A DNA stretch of 63,744 nt, filler included, from Chloroflexota bacterium (GTDB lineage: Bacteria > Chloroflexota > Chloroflexia > QHBQ01), in NCBI GenBank assembly GCA_043754535.1. It is 7 parts of 7 records of this genome, joined end to end, with 100 filler letters (N's around TTAATTAATTAA, not from the genome) between each part and the next. Parts side by side here need not be neighbours in the genome. Positions count along the whole stretch, not along the records: positions 16,620 to 20,659 come from JAYUUN010000066.1; positions 20,760 to 24,729 come from JAYUUN010000067.1; positions 24,830 to 36,851 come from JAYUUN010000068.1; 4 more parts are not named here. One strand, 5' to 3'. Positions 18,497-28,973 of this stretch are shown here, in pieces (the first letter of the stretch is position 1; the number at the start of each line of letters is the position of its first letter). The translations under genes and the position numbers were made by a program. The notes below the pieces were generated by a model that saw only the letters and a list, made by a program, of their open reading frames with translations, ran no database searches and was not told the origin of the DNA.

Positions 18497-19726
18497 TTAA
18501 GCGTGCTTGGTCGGTAATCCTCGGAGAGTGAAGCCGACAGCCAGAGCCAGCAGCCCCAAGGCCAATAGCAGAATGAGTGAACTAGTCCAGGGAAGGCCGC
18601 TGCCAGTCTGTGGCAGGCCCGGTACTGGAACCGACGGCGTAGCACCAGGTTGCGGGGTGTTGCTGGCAACTTGCTCTGGGGTATAGGTAGCAATTGGCAT
18701 TGGCGTGTCGGTAGTGACTTGCTGTGGCGTGATGGTAGCACTCGGCTGCGGCGTGTCAGTAATACTTAGCACTGGCGTGTCGGTAGCAACTTGCTGTGGC
18801 GTGATGGTAGCACTCGATACAGCGGTGTTGGTAGAACGCGGCGTATCTGTAAGTCCAGGCACAGCTGTGTCGGTAGGCCGCTGACTAGTGAGTGAAGGCA
18901 CAACCGTGTCTCCAGGTAGTGGCCTAGTAGGCTGTGGCCTGATGGTAGCACTTGGCTGTGGCGTGCTGGTAGCACTTGGCTGCAAGGTGTTGGTCATGCT
19001 GGGCTGCGGGGTGTTGGTGGGTGCTGGGCCAGTGCAGGCTTGAACGGTGTTAGCGTCCAGAGTAACCGCACCATTACGGGCGTACAGACCACCATCAGAC
19101 GATGCTGAAGTATTGAGCGTGATCGAGGTCAAGGCCAGGATGTTGCCCCTGAAGTTGGTGTTTGTTCCTAGGGTAGTGGAACTGCTGACTTGCCAGAGGA
19201 TATTACATGCTTGCGCCCCATTGACAAGCAGCACGTTGGCATTGCTAGCCGTAGTCAGGGTGCTACCAATCTGGAAGATGAAGACGCTGGCAGAGTTGCC
19301 TTGACCGTCGAGGATAAGCTGCCCAGTGAGTTGGGCCGAGGAGTTGAAGCAGTACACTGCTGGTGCAAGGGTCTGGCCGCCCAGGTTCTGACCTGTCAGA
19401 TTGGTGACGCAAGGCTGCCCAGCGGCACCGTCGTAGGCGGAGGCCACATCATTCTGGGCTTGCTGGGCCGCAGGGTCACCAGCGTGGATCGAGCCAGTCA
19501 GGGTGCCAGGTGGGAAGCCAACTATGGCTGTCCCCGGGCTTACCCCAGCACCGCCGAGTATACGGCTGGGGCCAGTGTTCGTCACGGTAGTGCCTGCGAG
19601 TACGCCGTAAGTGGCTGCCGTACCCAAATTGGGTAGCGTTGCGGCTAGCGCGGGTGCGGCCAGCAGCAGTAGCATGGGTAGCAACAAGCTCAGGGCGATG
19701 GCTAGTCGGTATCTTTTAAGTTTCAT
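18497..19726 (-). CDS. DUF3494 ice-binding family protein with P/T-rich stalk and LPXTG anchor
   Basis: Signal peptide; LGTAATYGVLAGTTVTNTG, VFIFQIGSTLTTA, WQVSSSTTLG and GNILALTSITL of DUF3494; PT repeats; LPQTG + TM + basic tail. Confidence 0.85.
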   Translation of the reverse strand: MKLKRYRLAIALSLLLPMLLLLAAPALAATLPNLGTAATYGVLAGTTVTNTGPSRILGGAGVSPGTAIVGFPPGTLTGSIHAGDPAAQQAQNDVASAYDGAAGQPCVTNLTGQNLGGQTLAPAVYCFNSSAQLTGQLILDGQGNSASVFIFQIGSTLTTASNANVLLVNGAQACNILWQVSSSTTLGTNTNFRGNILALTSITLNTSASSDGGLYARNGAVTLDANTVQACTGPAPTNTPQPSMTNTLQPSATSTPQPSATIRPQPTRPLPGDTVVPSLTSQRPTDTAVPGLTDTPRSTNTAVSSATITPQQVATDTPVLSITDTPQPSATITPQQVTTDTPMPIATYTPEQVASNTPQPGATPSVPVPGLPQTGSGLPWTSSLILLLALGLLALAVGFTLRGLPTKHA

Positions 19727-19776
19727 GTAGGCTCCTTAGTTGGTTAATGGGGCTGGTTATGGACAAAGACTAGACC

Positions 19777-20659
19777 TTAAGCCGTGTGTTGCAGGGTGAC
19801 ATTCGGCTTGCCACCTACTAAAGTTGGTGTCAGGACTGCCACACCTCCCACACCACTCCGATCCCCCTCCGCACCCACTTGCGTACTGGTTAGGTAAGCA
19901 GCTACCTGGTTAAGTTGCGTGGCCTGCACCCCCAAACCTTCGCTGAGGCGCAGCGATTGTTGCGAGAGGCTTTGGATGTCACGCATCGCCTGGTCGATCT
20001 GCATCGCGGCCCGCTGCTGCTGCCTGGTCACAGTGGCTATCTCCTGCTCCATACTCGCACTTTTTGTGCCACCACTGCCGTGATCTGGTCAAGCTAGACT
20101 ACAACCTCGCTGATTGCCTATTGACTGTAGCGTAGTTGCACCAGGCTCTGCTCCCCAGCCGTGAGGGTCATGTTCGCCGCAAGCTCAACCCCTTTGACAA
20201 TGCCTTCGGCTTGGAGAACACCATTACTTACCTGCGAGGCCAGTTCAGCAACCTGATGAGCAACTACGGCAAACCGCTTGCCCGACAGGCCAGCCCCTGC
20301 CGCTTCAATGGTGGCGTTTAGCGACAGCAGGTGAGTTTCGTCAGCAATGCGCCTGAGCAACTCCAGAACCTGCTGTATCTGGTGGCTGGCCTTGAGCATA
20401 ACCCGTGCATTATCGCGCACCTGCTCGGCGGTGAGAACCGCCCCTTGCAACTGGCTCAGGTCGTCGGTCAGAGCCGCTTGTCCAGCCTGAGCAGCATCTT
20501 TGGCCTGCACGCCGATCTTCATGACGTTGCTGGCCAGCAACGTCATCTGCTGTGCTGCGGCACTGGTCTGCTGCACCAGAGTTGTAGTCTCGGCCACAGC
20601 GGAGCCTGCAATGCGGGCGGCTTCGTGCTGCTGGGTGCTGCTACCCATCAAGCCGCCAG
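19777..20659 (-). pseudogene. Methyl-accepting chemotaxis protein, signalling domain, disrupted and partial
   Basis: IADETHLLSLNATIEAAGAG..GKRFAVVA hairpin tip; in-frame TAGs at 20118 and 20094, then a frameshift near 20060. Confidence 0.8.
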
Positions 20660-20759
20660 NNNNNNNNNNNNNNNNNNNNNNNNNNNNNNNNNNNNNNNNN
20701 NNNTTAATTAATTAANNNNNNNNNNNNNNNNNNNNNNNNNNNNNNNNNNNNNNNNNNNN

Positions 20760-21274
20760 GGCAGCGGCATCATGCCAAGCTCGTCCAGCAGCGGTTCGAT
20801 CTCGCGGTCAAAGCGCAGCAGGCGTACGCCGCTGCCGTCCTCCACCCGACTAACAACCTCGGCGTAGGCGTGCGCCCCCTCGTGCGGAGGTCGTACGCGG
20901 TGGCGGAAGTCGCTGTCGCTCGGCTGACGGGCGGGCGAACCGGCAAAGAGCAGGCGCACCCCTGGGTTGAGCGACCGCCCAGGCCGCACCAGAGCCTCCC
21001 AAGTCACACTGTCACGCTTCTTCAGCAGCAGCACCTCCACCGCGCCACCACTGTCTGCCTTTTTACCGTAGAGACGCACTGGCAATACCTTGCTATTGTT
21101 CGCCACCAGCAGGTCACCGGGGTGCAGGTAGTCGCCCAGGTCGCGGAAGTGCCGATGCTCAAGCGCGCCCGTGTCGCGGTGCAAGACCAGCAAGCGGCTG
21201 CTATCACGCGGCTCGGCGGGGGTCTGAGCGATTAGTGCTTCGGGCAGGTTGTAGTCGTAGTCGGAGATTTTCAC
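20760..21274 (-). CDS. queA: S-adenosylmethionine:tRNA ribosyltransferase-isomerase QueA, partial
   Basis: DYDYNLPEALIAQTPAEPRDSSRLL and GDLLVANNSKVLPVRL; conserved ruvB-queA synteny. Confidence 0.92.
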
Positions 21275-21324
21275 AGGATCACTGTTCCTATCGGGTAACA
21301 GGCGGCTGCCTCGGCCTGTCAGGT

Positions 21325-22407
21325 CTATAACAACGCTAGCTTGCCCTGCTGCACAGCCTCGGCCTCGTCATCGGCAGCTTGCAGCCGCTCTAGCTCCCGC
21401 TGGCGGCTGGCGGGGAAGGGGATGCCCAGGTGTTCGTAGGCGCGGCGGGTAGCAACCCGGCCACGGGGAGTGCGGGTCAGGAAGCCCAGTTGCAGCAGGT
21501 ACGGCTCGTACACATCCATGATCGTGTCGGTCTCCTCGCTGGTGCTGGCCGCTATCGTCTCGATGCCAACTGGCCCGCCATTGAACTTGTCAATGATCGC
21601 CTCAATGATGCGGCGGTCGATCTCGTCCAGGCCCAGACGGTCTACACCCAGCATATTGAGAGCTTCTATTGCCGCCTGCTCGGTGATTACCCCACCCGCC
21701 CGCACCTGGGCATAGTCGCGCACCCGCTTGAGCAGGCGGTTGGCGATGCGCGGGGTACCTCGGCTGCGCCTTGCGATCTCTGCCGTGCCGCCCACCTCGA
21801 TTGGCACCCGCAAGAAGCGAGCCGACTGGGTGATGATCTTCTCCATCGTCGGCACGTCGTAGAAGTCCAGGTGGTAGGTGACCCCAAAGCGGGCGCGTAG
21901 GGGGCTGGTCAGCAGGGCCAGGCGGGTGGTAGCCCCAATGATCGTAAAGCGCGGGAGGTTGAGGCGCAGGCTGCGTGCGCTCGGCCCCTTGCCAATGATG
22001 ATATCCAGGGCGTAGTCTTCCATCGCCGGGTACATCACCTCCTCGACCATGTGATTGAGGCGATGGATTTCGTCAATGAACAGGATGTCGTCCTTCTGCA
22101 AGTTGGTCAGGATGCTAGCCAGGTCACCCGGTCGCTCGATAGCTGGGCCAGCAGTCGGCTTGATGCCCACGCCCATCTCGGTGGCGATGATGTTCGCCAG
22201 CGTCGTCTTGCCTAGCCCCGGCGGGCCATAAAGCAGCACGTGATCCAAAGCCTCCTCGCGCTGCTTAGAGGCTTCAATGAAGATACGCAGGCTCTCCTTA
22301 ATCTTCTCCTGACCAAGATACTCCTCCAGCCGCTTCGGGCGCAGGCTCGATTCGACCAGGTCATCTTCCTGCTGGTTCTGCCCACTGACTACCCGCTCCA
22401 TCGCCAT
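21325..22407 (-). CDS. ruvB: Holliday junction branch migration helicase RuvB
   Basis: SLRP, Walker [10 protein letters not shown], Walker [30 protein letters not shown]. Confidence 0.97.
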   Translation of the reverse strand: MAMERVVSGQNQQEDDLVESSLRPKRLEEYLGQEKIKESLRIFIEASKQREEALDHVLLYGPPGLGKTTLANIIATEMGVGIKPTAGPAIERPGDLASILTNLQKDDILFIDEIHRLNHMVEEVMYPAMEDYALDIIIGKGPSARSLRLNLPRFTIIGATTRLALLTSPLRARFGVTYHLDFYDVPTMEKIITQSARFLRVPIEVGGTAEIARRSRGTPRIANRLLKRVRDYAQVRAGGVITEQAAIEALNMLGVDRLGLDEIDRRIIEAIIDKFNGGPVGIETIAASTSEETDTIMDVYEPYLLQLGFLTRTPRGRVATRRAYEHLGIPFPASRQRELERLQAADDEAEAVQQGKLALL

Positions 22408-22426
22408 ACCGTCTCACCTTTGTGCT

Positions 22427-22459
22427 TAGAACGCCTTTTCTAGTGCTTGTAATTATACC
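22427..22459 (-). promoter_or_regulatory. ruvB extended -10 (TGGTATAAT) with candidate LexA box just downstream
   Basis: TAGAAC-GCCT-TTTCTA at 22427-22442 (one mismatch from AGAAC-N4-GTTCT); ATTATACCA at 22452-22460. Confidence 0.5.
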
Positions 22460-22551
22460 ACAGCCGCCCCAACATCCGCTATGCAGGGAGGCAGCGTAGT
22501 GTGATGCTGACCTGCTTTCTGTCTCCGACTGGCTCGCCCTAGCGGCCCAAA

Positions 22552-22670
22552 CTGCCCAACGACAACATCCGCCGTGGCGAACTGAGCAAGGTCGTGCGCC
22601 GGGCTATCGAAGCTGCCGCCCCTAAGCGTAGCCAGCAGCCCAGGCCCAGATCGGCAGCGATCTGGGGCCT
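22552..22670 (+). pseudogene. Relic 3' end of an SLH-domain gene plus hairpin
   Basis: Translates LPNDNIRRGELSKVVRRAIEAA, similar to the SLH segment RPNDSTRRGEFAKIAV of the next gene; followed by AGGCCCAGATCG-gcag-CGATCTGGGGCCT. Confidence 0.55.
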
Positions 22671-22742
22671 AGCTTTGCCCGCCGCAGAGGAGCAGATTTA
22701 TCCTTCCCTTAAAGGCTGATTAGAATCAAACCGCTCCACCGC

Positions 22743-22771
22743 TTGCCTTAGGGCTAACATTCATGTATAAT
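22743..22771 (+). promoter_or_regulatory. Sigma-70-type promoter of the S-layer-like gene
   Basis: TTGCCT-N17-TATAAT. Confidence 0.6.
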
Positions 22772-22933
22772 GGATAGCGTACCAGGCAGTGGTGTAGAAG
22801 AACAAAGCCCCTGAGTGAAGTGGGTTCCCCCGCCAGGTACAACGTACAACCGCGTTCCCCCCTTTGGAGCAGAAGGGTAGGGTATCGGCCATCCCCCGTT
22901 TAGTGATCCTGGTTTCACGAGAGAGAGGTACAG

Positions 22934-24729
22934 ATGTTCAAAATCAACCGTCGGCTGATGGTAGCCCTGCTGGTATTCGCACTAATGGCGAACAGCATGG
23001 TAGTGATAGCGGCCAAGAGCAACAGCAGCCCTGCTGCACTACAACCCACAGCAAGCAAGCTAGCCCAACAGGCGAGTGGCAAGCCTCAAACCTCCAGTGC
23101 TGGCACCACTGGTAGCAGCAGCAAGCTGCCTGCCGCCAACCCCCAGGCGATCCTCTACGACCAGACTGCCAATGCATCTGCCAACAATAATGTGTCCTCC
23201 CAGGACTTCGAGGCAGCCAACGCCACGTTCAGCGATCAGGCTGCTGATGACTTTGTGGTACCGGTTGGGGCAACCTGGACGATCACCGAGGTTGATGTTA
23301 TCGGTGATTACAGTAATGGTCCCGGCCCCGCTGCAGGAATAAACATCTACTTCTATGCCAACAGCGGCACCCTGCCTGGCGCGTCGGTATACACTGCCAC
23401 CAGCCTGGCTTACACTGGTGGACCTAGCTTCAATACGCTCCTCACCACTGCGGCAGTGCTGCCTGCTGGTACCTACTGGCTCTCAGTGCAGAGTCGTCAG
23501 GACTTTACCCCAGCCGGTCAGTGGTTCTGGCGCAACGCTACCGTGCAGACGAACAGTGCTTCGGCTTGGCGCAATCCTGGTAATGGTTTCGCTACTGCTT
23601 GCGCCAGTTGGGGGGTTAAGACAACCTGCCTGCCTACGGTAGTCGGCCCCGACCAGGCATTCCGCCTGCTGGGTAGCCTGGGTATTGGTACCGCTACCGC
23701 CACTGGCACTGCCACTGTCACCGCTACCCCCACCCCCAACCCCTGCGCCCGCACCACCTCGTTCAGCAGGCTGGGCCAGGTTGACCTGCCAGCGGGCCAG
23801 CCCGGTGCGACCTTTGGTATCGCCAATCCCTACCCGGCAGTGATTACCACCACCGGCTTGAGCGGCAACATCATCAAGGTCGCTATGTCGTTCACCAATG
23901 TCAACCACACCTACCCTGCTGACCTCGACATGATGCTCGTTTCGCCCAGCGGCCAAAACGCCACCATCTGGTCTGACGCGGGCGGCAGTAATGGCCTGAT
24001 CAGTGCCACGTTGCGCCTAGCCGACGATGGGGCTACCCAGCTACCAGCAGTTAGCCAAATCCTCAGCAATACCACCTACCGCCCCGCTAACTACAGCGGT
24101 TTGGATGGCTTCCCTGCACCTGCCCCAACCCAGACTACCAATGTCGCTTTCAGCACCTTCATCACCAGTACCGCTAATGGTGCCTGGAGCCTCTACATCT
24201 ATGACGATGCGGGCGGTGACTACGGCTACCTCAGCGGCCTGGGCCTGGAGATTACGATGGACAGCGGCGGCTGTAGTAGCCCCACCGTGACCGCTACTAA
24301 CACTGGCACCCCCACCAGCACCGTGACTAGCACGGGGACCAGCATCGCGACCCCCACCAGCACTCCTAGTGCCAGCGTTGGTACTGCCACTGCCACCGCC
24401 ACCGTGACTGGCACTAGCACCGTGACTGGCACTAGCACCGCTACTGCTGTGGTCACTGGCACCGCCACCGTGACTGGCACTGGCACCGCCATCACTGGCA
24501 CTGCCACCATGACTGGTACCGCCGCCATGACTGGCACTGCCACCATGACTGGTACCGCTACTGTGACCGCCACCCCCTGCAACATCACCTTCAGTGACGT
24601 GCTGACCACCAACATCTTCTACAGTGACATTCAGTTCCTGGCTTGCCGCAACATCGTCAACGGCGCGAACGGCCTGTTCCGCCCCAACGACAGCACCAGG
24701 CGCGGTGAGTTCGCCAAGATCGCTGTCCT
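22934..24729 (+). CDS. Secreted SLH-domain protein with proprotein-convertase P-like domain, partial
   Basis: Signal peptide; AADDFVVP..W.I beta domain; HTYPADLDMMLVSPSG...ANGAWSLYIYD (P-domain); T/A/G-rich linker; SLH start FSDV..NIFY...FRPND..RGE. Confidence 0.8.
24380..24575 (+). repeat. Coding degenerate 18-bp tandem repeats (AT(V/M)TGT linker)
   Basis: GCCACCATGACTGG(T/C)AC-type units repeated in frame. Confidence 0.7.
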
Positions 24730-24946
24730 NNNNNNNNNNNNNNNNNNNNNNNNNNNNNNNNNNNNNNNNNNNNTTAATTAATTAANNNNNNNNNNNNNNN
24801 NNNNNNNNNNNNNNNNNNNNNNNNNNNNNGCCAGCTTGTTCGAGCGCAGCCCCTACGGGCTGGGGGCTGAGGTGCGCCGCTCTGCCTGCGAACTGCTGCT
24901 CACCCTGCCGGTTGGTAGCAGCCTGCAAGCCCGACTGGTACAGGAG

Positions 24947-25561
24947 CTACGCGCCGAGCCGCTGTACCTGCTCAACCCAGCCAGGATCGCCGGTTAGGAG
25001 GGCGTGGTCGGCACCCAACTGCCGAATGAAATCCAGCTTCTCCGGGGCGCGATCCGTGCCGATGATCAGGCCAGCACCAAGCATCTTTGCCAACTGTACC
25101 GCCAATGAACCAACGCCACCCGCTGCGCCGTGGATCAACACCCGCTCACCGTGCGCCAGCCGCCCCGCTTTGGTCAGCAGCAGGTAGGCAGTCTGCCCCT
25201 GGATCGGAATGGCGGTGGCCTGGGCGAAGGACACCTCGTCGGGGAGGGGGATAGTGCGGTCTGCCGGGGCTACTGCATACTCGGCGTAGCCGCCCTGAAC
25301 CACTGCCGCCATGCGGCTGCCGCGAACCGGGCCGGTCACACCTGGCCCCCAACCAACGATCGTGCCTACCACTTCGTTGCCGAGGATGGTTGGCAGCGGC
25401 ACCAGGTTGGGGTAGTTACCGCGCTGCTGACCGACATCTGAGTAGTTGACCCCAGCCGCCACTTTAATCAACATCTCGCCTGGGCCGGGCATTGGGGTTG
25501 GCACTTCCTCCAGGGTCAGCACCTCTGGCCCACCACGTTGGTGAATACGGATTGCTTGCAT
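24947..25561 (-). pseudogene. NADPH:quinone oxidoreductase (MDR/zeta-crystallin), C-terminally truncated
   Basis: GGPEVL, AGVNYSD, GGYAEY and VLIHGAAGGVG motifs; 204 aa versus about 320 aa typical. Confidence 0.7.
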
Positions 25562-25712
25562 TGTCTTGCTCCTTTACTAAATAGAACCTCTGGTAGGACC
25601 GCACCCCGAAACCTTGATTTCAGGGATCAACCCTGGTCTCACTTCTGCGACAGGTAGGTGAACATTGTGACGGAGCCAGGCGTAGGCTGGTGGTCTGCAC
25701 CCAAAGCTGGCT

Positions 25713-26627
25713 CTAAGCGGCTGTTGAGGCAAAGGTAGGCATTGCTGGTGCCGGGCTAACGCCCGCCCCATGCCCACGCAGCGATGTCCAAATCGTCAAG
25801 GCCAGTGCGCCAAAGCCAAGCGCAACCACGAACAGCACCAACAGCCCACTGACCACGCCTCCGCCTAGTAGCAAGGAGGCCACCCAGAGTGTGAGTTGCA
25901 GCCCGCCAATGCCTACCAGGGCGGACAGGTAGGAGTTGGTTTGTGGCTTTAGCAGCCGTCGCCCAATGGCAATACCCACAAGCGCAGTGCTGAGGATCGT
26001 CAGCACTAGCCACAATGCAAGCAGCAGCATTGTGATCGGCTAGGCAGTAAACACCGTCACCAGAGCTAGCAACACGGCCACGACAGGCAGCATCAGGAAC
26101 AGCAGCAGACCCCAACCGCTTGATGCCCAGGGGTAGCGGATCGCCTGGTCGGTGGCGGTGCGGATTGCCGCCGGTGCGATCAGGAGTAGGAGCAGTCCGG
26201 TGACTAGAGATGTCAGCAGGGTGAACAACAGCCCACCCAACTTGCTGGTTACAACGTTAGACCCTTGCTGGTTAGTGACAAGGTTAGTGACCCGCTCGCT
26301 GGTAGCGGCGGTGCCAGCGAGCAGCGGAGTTTCCGCTTGATAGGTCAGCTTGCCGCTGACGACTGCGCCCGCCACGAAGTCGAACTTGGTGGCCGCCACC
26401 AATACGTCCTCGCTCACCTGACCGGCCAGCGTTACATCGTTGGCGGCGAACTGTGTACTACGCCCAATCCGTCCGTTCTTTTCCAATCGCGCAGATGTTG
26501 CCGCCACACTCAGGGTACGTTGCACCTCGCCGCGAATGGTGGCGGTGCCACCACTAGCAACCCGCATACTGCGGAGAACCTGCGGGTAAACAGAAGGTGA
26601 AAATACCTGTAGGGAAGGTATCAGCAC
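25713..26627 (-). pseudogene. Degraded membrane protein with bactofilin-like beta-repeat N-terminus
   Basis: ORFs 26040-26627 and 25713-26030 are in one frame split by TAG at 26040-26042; I.G.V..D repeats then several TM helices; 5' part appears missing. Confidence 0.6.
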
Positions 26628-26641
26628 AGGGATGGCTGTAG

Positions 26642-27973
26642 CTACAGCAGATGCCTGGCGCGGGCAGCGACCTGAAGGTCAGACCGAAAATCGGGGTGGG
26701 CAATAGCGATTAGAGCCTCGGCGCGCTGGCGCACGCTCCGTCCGTAGAGGGCGGCCACCCCGAACTCGGTAGTAACGTAGTGAACGTCGTTGCGGCTGGT
26801 TGTCACCCCCGTGCCAGGGTCGAGCGTGTCCACGATGCGCGAGAGGGTACCGTTCACCGCCGTAGATGGCAGCGCGATGATCGGTCGCCCACCGGCTGAC
26901 CGTGCTGCCCCGCGCATGAAATCAACTTGCCCACCCACTCCGCTGTAGAAGCGTGTACCTAGCGAGTCGGCACCAACCTGTCCGGTCAAATCCAGCTGCA
27001 AAGCGGCGTTGATCGCCACCATATCGTTGTTGCGGCTGATGATGAACGGGTCGTTGGTGTAGTCTGTCGTCCGCATCTCGATGATCGGGTTGTCGTGGAC
27101 GAACTGGTACAGGCGTTTGGTGCCGAGCATGAAGCCTGTCACGATCTTGCCAGGCAGGTAGCTCTTGCGCCGCCCTGTGATCACCCCCGCCTCCACCAGG
27201 TCAACAACCCCATCGGAGATCATCTCACTATGCACGCCCAGATCGCGCTTCTCGTGCAGGTAGCCCAGGACGGCGTTGGGGATCGCGCCAATGCCTAGCT
27301 GCAAGGTCGCGCCATCAGGGATCAACTCAGCTATGTGACGAGCGATTTGCTGATAGAGCGCAGTTGGTTCGTCCTGCACCAACTCAGGTAGGGGGTAATC
27401 TACAGGCACACAGGCATCAATCTGGCTCAGGTGGATGAACGAATTACCCCAGGTGCGCGGCATCTGCGGGTTTACCTCGGCAATGACTAGGCTGGCAGCC
27501 TCGGCAGCGGGCTTGGTCACGCCCACCTCAACCCCAAAGCTGCAGTAGCCGTGAGGATCGGGCAGTGAGACGCTGATCAAGGCCACATCCAGAGGGAGGT
27601 AGCCGTCCTTAAACAGCCGTGGGATTTCGGAAAGGAACACCGGGGTGAAGTCGGCCCGGCCAGTCTGCACCGCCGAGCGCAGGTTGGCCCCGATGAACAG
27701 GGCATTGACCCGGAACGTCTCTGCCAGGTCTGGTTCGGCATAAGTGGCCGCGCCTGCCGTCATTACCTGGATAATCTCTATTCCATGCAAGGTGGCAGCC
27801 TGCTCAGCCAATGCCCCGGCCAGCACTTGTGGTACGCCGCAACCGCCACCCAGATAGACGCGCTGCCCAGACTTGATCCTTGTAATCGCCTGCGTAGCGG
27901 TAGTCAGCTTGTGCCGCCAGGCAGACGGCCACTCCGTTTGTGTCAATATGCTCTCCTTCACGGCATGATCCAA
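26642..27973 (-). CDS. Acetyl-CoA hydrolase/transferase family (4-hydroxybutyrate CoA-transferase-like)
   Basis: TLQLGIGAIPNA, LGVHSEM (catalytic Glu), YSGVGGQVDF, YVTTEFG, LIAIAHPDFR. Confidence 0.9.
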   Translation of the reverse strand: MDHAVKESILTQTEWPSAWRHKLTTATQAITRIKSGQRVYLGGGCGVPQVLAGALAEQAATLHGIEIIQVMTAGAATYAEPDLAETFRVNALFIGANLRSAVQTGRADFTPVFLSEIPRLFKDGYLPLDVALISVSLPDPHGYCSFGVEVGVTKPAAEAASLVIAEVNPQMPRTWGNSFIHLSQIDACVPVDYPLPELVQDEPTALYQQIARHIAELIPDGATLQLGIGAIPNAVLGYLHEKRDLGVHSEMISDGVVDLVEAGVITGRRKSYLPGKIVTGFMLGTKRLYQFVHDNPIIEMRTTDYTNDPFIISRNNDMVAINAALQLDLTGQVGADSLGTRFYSGVGGQVDFMRGAARSAGGRPIIALPSTAVNGTLSRIVDTLDPGTGVTTSRNDVHYVTTEFGVAALYGRSVRQRAEALIAIAHPDFRSDLQVAARARHLL

Positions 27974-28001
27974 GCAGCGGTAGCTAGCGATACTGCGGCT
28001 C

Positions 28002-28973
28002 CTATGGCCGCTGTGCTGGCTGAAGAACGAAGTCGTGGTGTGTACCCAATGCTGCGTCGGTGCGCTGGGTCAATTCTTTAGCAGGCTGTTCGCAGCTGTC
28101 CCACCACAGCAGCACTGGTGCAGGGGTGCAGTTGACCAGCTCGCACAAGCTACTCCAGGCTACTGCGCGGTCGAGTCCGTCGTAGCTAGCAGCTGCTAGT
28201 ACCACCAACGCCGCTGCCTCCACCCGCTCTACTGCCACGATGGTCGGCTCCGTGGGGCCAGCCATCTCCAGCACCGAGTAATCTACTCTTGACGGGAGTA
28301 GCTGCTGGGCCAGCAAGCGCAAGTGGTTGTAAGCTCGCAGGTGAGCCAGGCTGCTGGGGTAATCGTCACCCAGCCCGCCGCTACGGGCCGTTGCCAGCAG
28401 CAGCAACCTACTACCCGTCGCCAACGCAAGCTGCCCCACCGCCAGCAACATCTGTTCGGCGAAGTCACCCTCCTTTACTACTACCAGGATCGGATCGTCT
28501 TGATCGGAGATGAATGGATCGCCTGTGACCTGCTGGCTACCGACCAGCAGCACCGGGGTACTCCCGCCTAGCACAATAGCAGCGGCTGCACTGACGAGCG
28601 GATAACCAGCTAGCTCCTTGCGCGTGTGGCTACTCAGGACAACCATGCTACCACGTCGGTCAGCCAGTTCCCCGACGCACTGACTGATGCTCCCACGCAA
28701 TACCGCCGTGCTGATCTCGCCTACCCCCTCTTGCTTGATCTTGTTAGCGAGGTTGTCGAGGTATTGGGTGGCCCGGATCATATCCTCACCGGATAGGTTA
28801 GTAGCTGGATTAGCGGCTGCCACCAGGCTGGGTGTCATGGAAGGGTCGATAGTGCTGACCACGCAGGTCAGGGTCAGGGTGCTATGGAGCCGACGAGCGA
28901 GTAGCACTGCCAGCCCCACCGCTCGCTCACTAAGCGGCGATCCGTCCACTGGCACAAGGATGTGCTTGAACAT
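28002..28973 (-). CDS. Tandem-domain universal stress protein (divergent)
   Basis: MFKHILVPVDGSPLSERA; the GxxG ATP-binding motif is degenerate in both domains. Confidence 0.75.
   Translation of the reverse strand: MFKHILVPVDGSPLSERAVGLAVLLARRLHSTLTLTCVVSTIDPSMTPSLVAAANPATNLSGEDMIRATQYLDNLANKIKQEGVGEISTAVLRGSISQCVGELADRRGSMVVLSSHTRKELAGYPLVSAAAAIVLGGSTPVLLVGSQQVTGDPFISDQDDPILVVVKEGDFAEQMLLAVGQLALATGSRLLLLATARSGGLGDDYPSSLAHLRAYNHLRLLAQQLLPSRVDYSVLEMAGPTEPTIVAVERVEAAALVVLAAASYDGLDRAVAWSSLCELVNCTPAPVLLWWDSCEQPAKELTQRTDAALGTHHDFVLQPAQRP

Noticed and set aside
15477..26042. Amber recoding or pyrrolysine
   Set aside because: Intact genes (miaB, ruvB, azlD, fbaB, the kinase) terminate at TAG, and several amber-broken genes also have frameshifts or truncations.
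28874..28973. 100-bp overlap of two usp genes as a real overlapping-gene arrangement
   Set aside because: A TAA lies 3 nt before the next ATG in another frame; a frameshift in the low-complexity tail is the simpler explanation.
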